From Euglena gracilis (taxonomy: Eukaryota): a stretch of 64,000 bases of DNA. Made by a program: the position numbers and the translations under genes. Positions 1-64,000 of the stretch are shown here, one piece after another (the stretch's first letter is position 1; each line of letters opens with the position of its first letter). The notes beneath the pieces were generated by a model that saw nothing but the letters and a program-made list of their open reading frames with translations, did not search any database and had not been told where the DNA came from. The stretch lies in NCBI GenBank assembly GCA_039621445.1, contig CP154954.1:13324716-13388715 (forward strand), written 5' to 3'.

Positions 1-39
1 CTTTGAACCTTTTTCTAAATAAACTTATTGCATTGTGTA

Positions 40-61790
<61,751 letters not shown>

Positions 61791-62982
61791 AGAGATCCAG
61801 GACAGTTGGCTGGCCCTGGGGCAAAAACGGCACGACGTATGGAGTAAAGTGTTGTGCCAACACGCACAAAACAATTCAATTTGACATCCATGGTGCCGCT
61901 GCCTGTCGTTGCAACACCAATATTGCACATAACAATTTCATGAATGTCGATGGGTGTTGCAACTTAAACAGCAATTGTGGCCCAGTTCAGGGTCTTCATT
62001 ATCTAAGCTCATAGACGTTGTAGTTGTTTGCCTTTTCAAATGCAATGGTGTTATCTTAATCAAAAACAGCATTTTGTTCAATTAACAAAATGCTTGCATT
62101 TTGTGCCGCCCATCAGAAGCAAGGTTTCCATCCTTTCTCCTCCATCCTCAAGCGAAAAGATCCTTGTTCATTCCGGGTTGCGAACCTGCCCTCTACCCAA
62201 CAGAAATTTATCACAACTGTGGGCATAATAAAACGACCTAAAAATTTCATCCATACAGACCACCGTTTGTCAGCTGCACCCGGCGCACACAAAAACAAGA
62301 GACTAAACACGGGGGGGCTTCACATATTTTCATAAAGATGTTCATTTCTTGGAGCCAGTGTTGTCAGGATTTCGAAAACATACAAAGGGTTCAGAAAAAA
62401 ATGATATTTCTCAGGGCAGGGAATTATTAAGTCAGGGTAGGGGGGAGTCGCACCCTTCCCCTGTACAAAGAACTGGGGCTTTAAAAAAAAAGCCCAAAAA
62501 ATCTTGCCTTCGCACACTTTTTTTTTATAAAAGAATTGCACCTAATATCCGAAATCTTTGCCCACACCTTGCAAAAAATTACCCCAACGTGTCAAATAAT
62601 ATTTTGCCCAGCGCCTTCAAAAACAATTGCCCAAAGGTTCTCAAAAAATTTTCTCACTGCGTCCCACAAATGTGCACTTTGCAAAATTTGTACTCCGTCT
62701 TTTTTATTTTTGCTCGATGAAAAAAATGGTTTACATTGCACCAATGGAAAAAGATCCACTGCGGTTGAAGTTTCGGGACGGAGACAAATATTTTTTGGGA
62801 TAAGGTGCAAACGTTTTTGAGATAAAATGCAAACTAATTGGTGGCATGTGCAAACTTTTTTGGCAAAAAGTGCAAGCAAAATTAACCGGAAGTGCAAAAA
62901 TATATGGTGTGAAGTGTAAAAAAAATGCGCAGTGGTTAAAAAAAAAAATATTTACATATAATATGTTTACATGCGTGTGCTT

Positions 62983-63600
62983 GTATGTATGTATGTATGT
63001 ATGTATGTATGTATGTATGTATGTATGTATGTATGTATGTATGTATGTATGTATGTATGTATGTATGTATGTATGTATGTATGTATGTATGTATGTATGT
63101 ATGTATGTATGTATGTATGTATGTATGTATGTATGTATGTATGTATGTATGTATGTATTGTATGTGTTGTATGTATGTATGTAAGTATGTATGTATGTAT
63201 GTATTGTATGTATTGTATGTATTGTATGGTAGTATGTATGTATGTATGTATGTATGTATGTATGTATGTATGTATGTATGTATGTATGTATGTATGTATG
63301 TATGTATGTATGTATGTATGTATGTATGTATGTATGTATGTATGTATGTATGTATGTATGCATGCATGCATGCATGTATGTATGTATGTATGTACATACA
63401 TATATACATACATATTTATACATACACATATTACAAATATACATATATACATATACAACATATACATACATACATATATGCATATATACATGTATACATA
63501 TATATATACATATATACATATATACATATATACATATATACACATACATATATACATATACATATATACATATACACATATATACATATATATGTATATA
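62983..63600. repeat. (ATGT)n grading into (ATAC/AT)n microsatellite
   Basis: Seen directly in the sequence. Confidence 0.97.
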
Positions 63601-64000
63601 ATTTGGGTTCTCCAAATCTGAAGGGAGTGGTCTAAACACACCCCACCCTCTCCCCCGAGTGGGTAGTCTGGACGCCCCTCCCCTTGCATGATCACAAAAA
63701 AAATTCTGGAGGATAACATCATCACAAAGCAAAATCAGGTGGATAACATCTCCAATTTAATCTCAATATCATAAACATTTTTGATGACCATTTTCCACTG
63801 CAGAACCCCAGGTTTAAATTAGCGTTGGTTTTTGAACAGAGGGATCAGACCCCCCCCCCGGCAGGGCAGAACGGAAAGGCCTGGTGGGGGGGTCGACCCC
63901 CCACCCAGGAGGTGGGGGGGGGGGGGCGGTCGATCCCCCCCACCCACCACAGCATTTTCACCAATTTCGGGAAAACGGGGATTTTGGCCGGAAAATTGAA

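Overview
This is eukaryotic, intron-rich DNA that looks euglenid (Euglena-like), so the long ORF-track hits are mostly microsatellite artefacts. Nearly the whole window appears to be one minus-strand gene split into dozens of short exons. Read N to C it encodes several degenerate C2-like domains, an MCTP/PRT_C-like membrane region, a Ca2+-type C2 domain, further TM helices, a complete class III adenylyl cyclase domain and a long low-complexity tail. The introns are a mix of GT-AG introns and euglenid nonconventional introns whose ends base-pair (+4..+6 with -6..-8). The introns are packed with MITEs. At least nine elements from several families have CAG...CTG-type terminal inverted repeats and 8-bp target-site duplications (hAT-like). 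Where these elements interrupt coding sequence, removing the element plus one TSD copy (3 nt + 5 nt) matches the nonconventional-intron geometry exactly. This suggests hAT-MITE 'introners' that create new introns seamlessly. Boundaries are exact for most cyclase and C2 exons and approximate elsewhere. Everything was read by eye, with no database searches.
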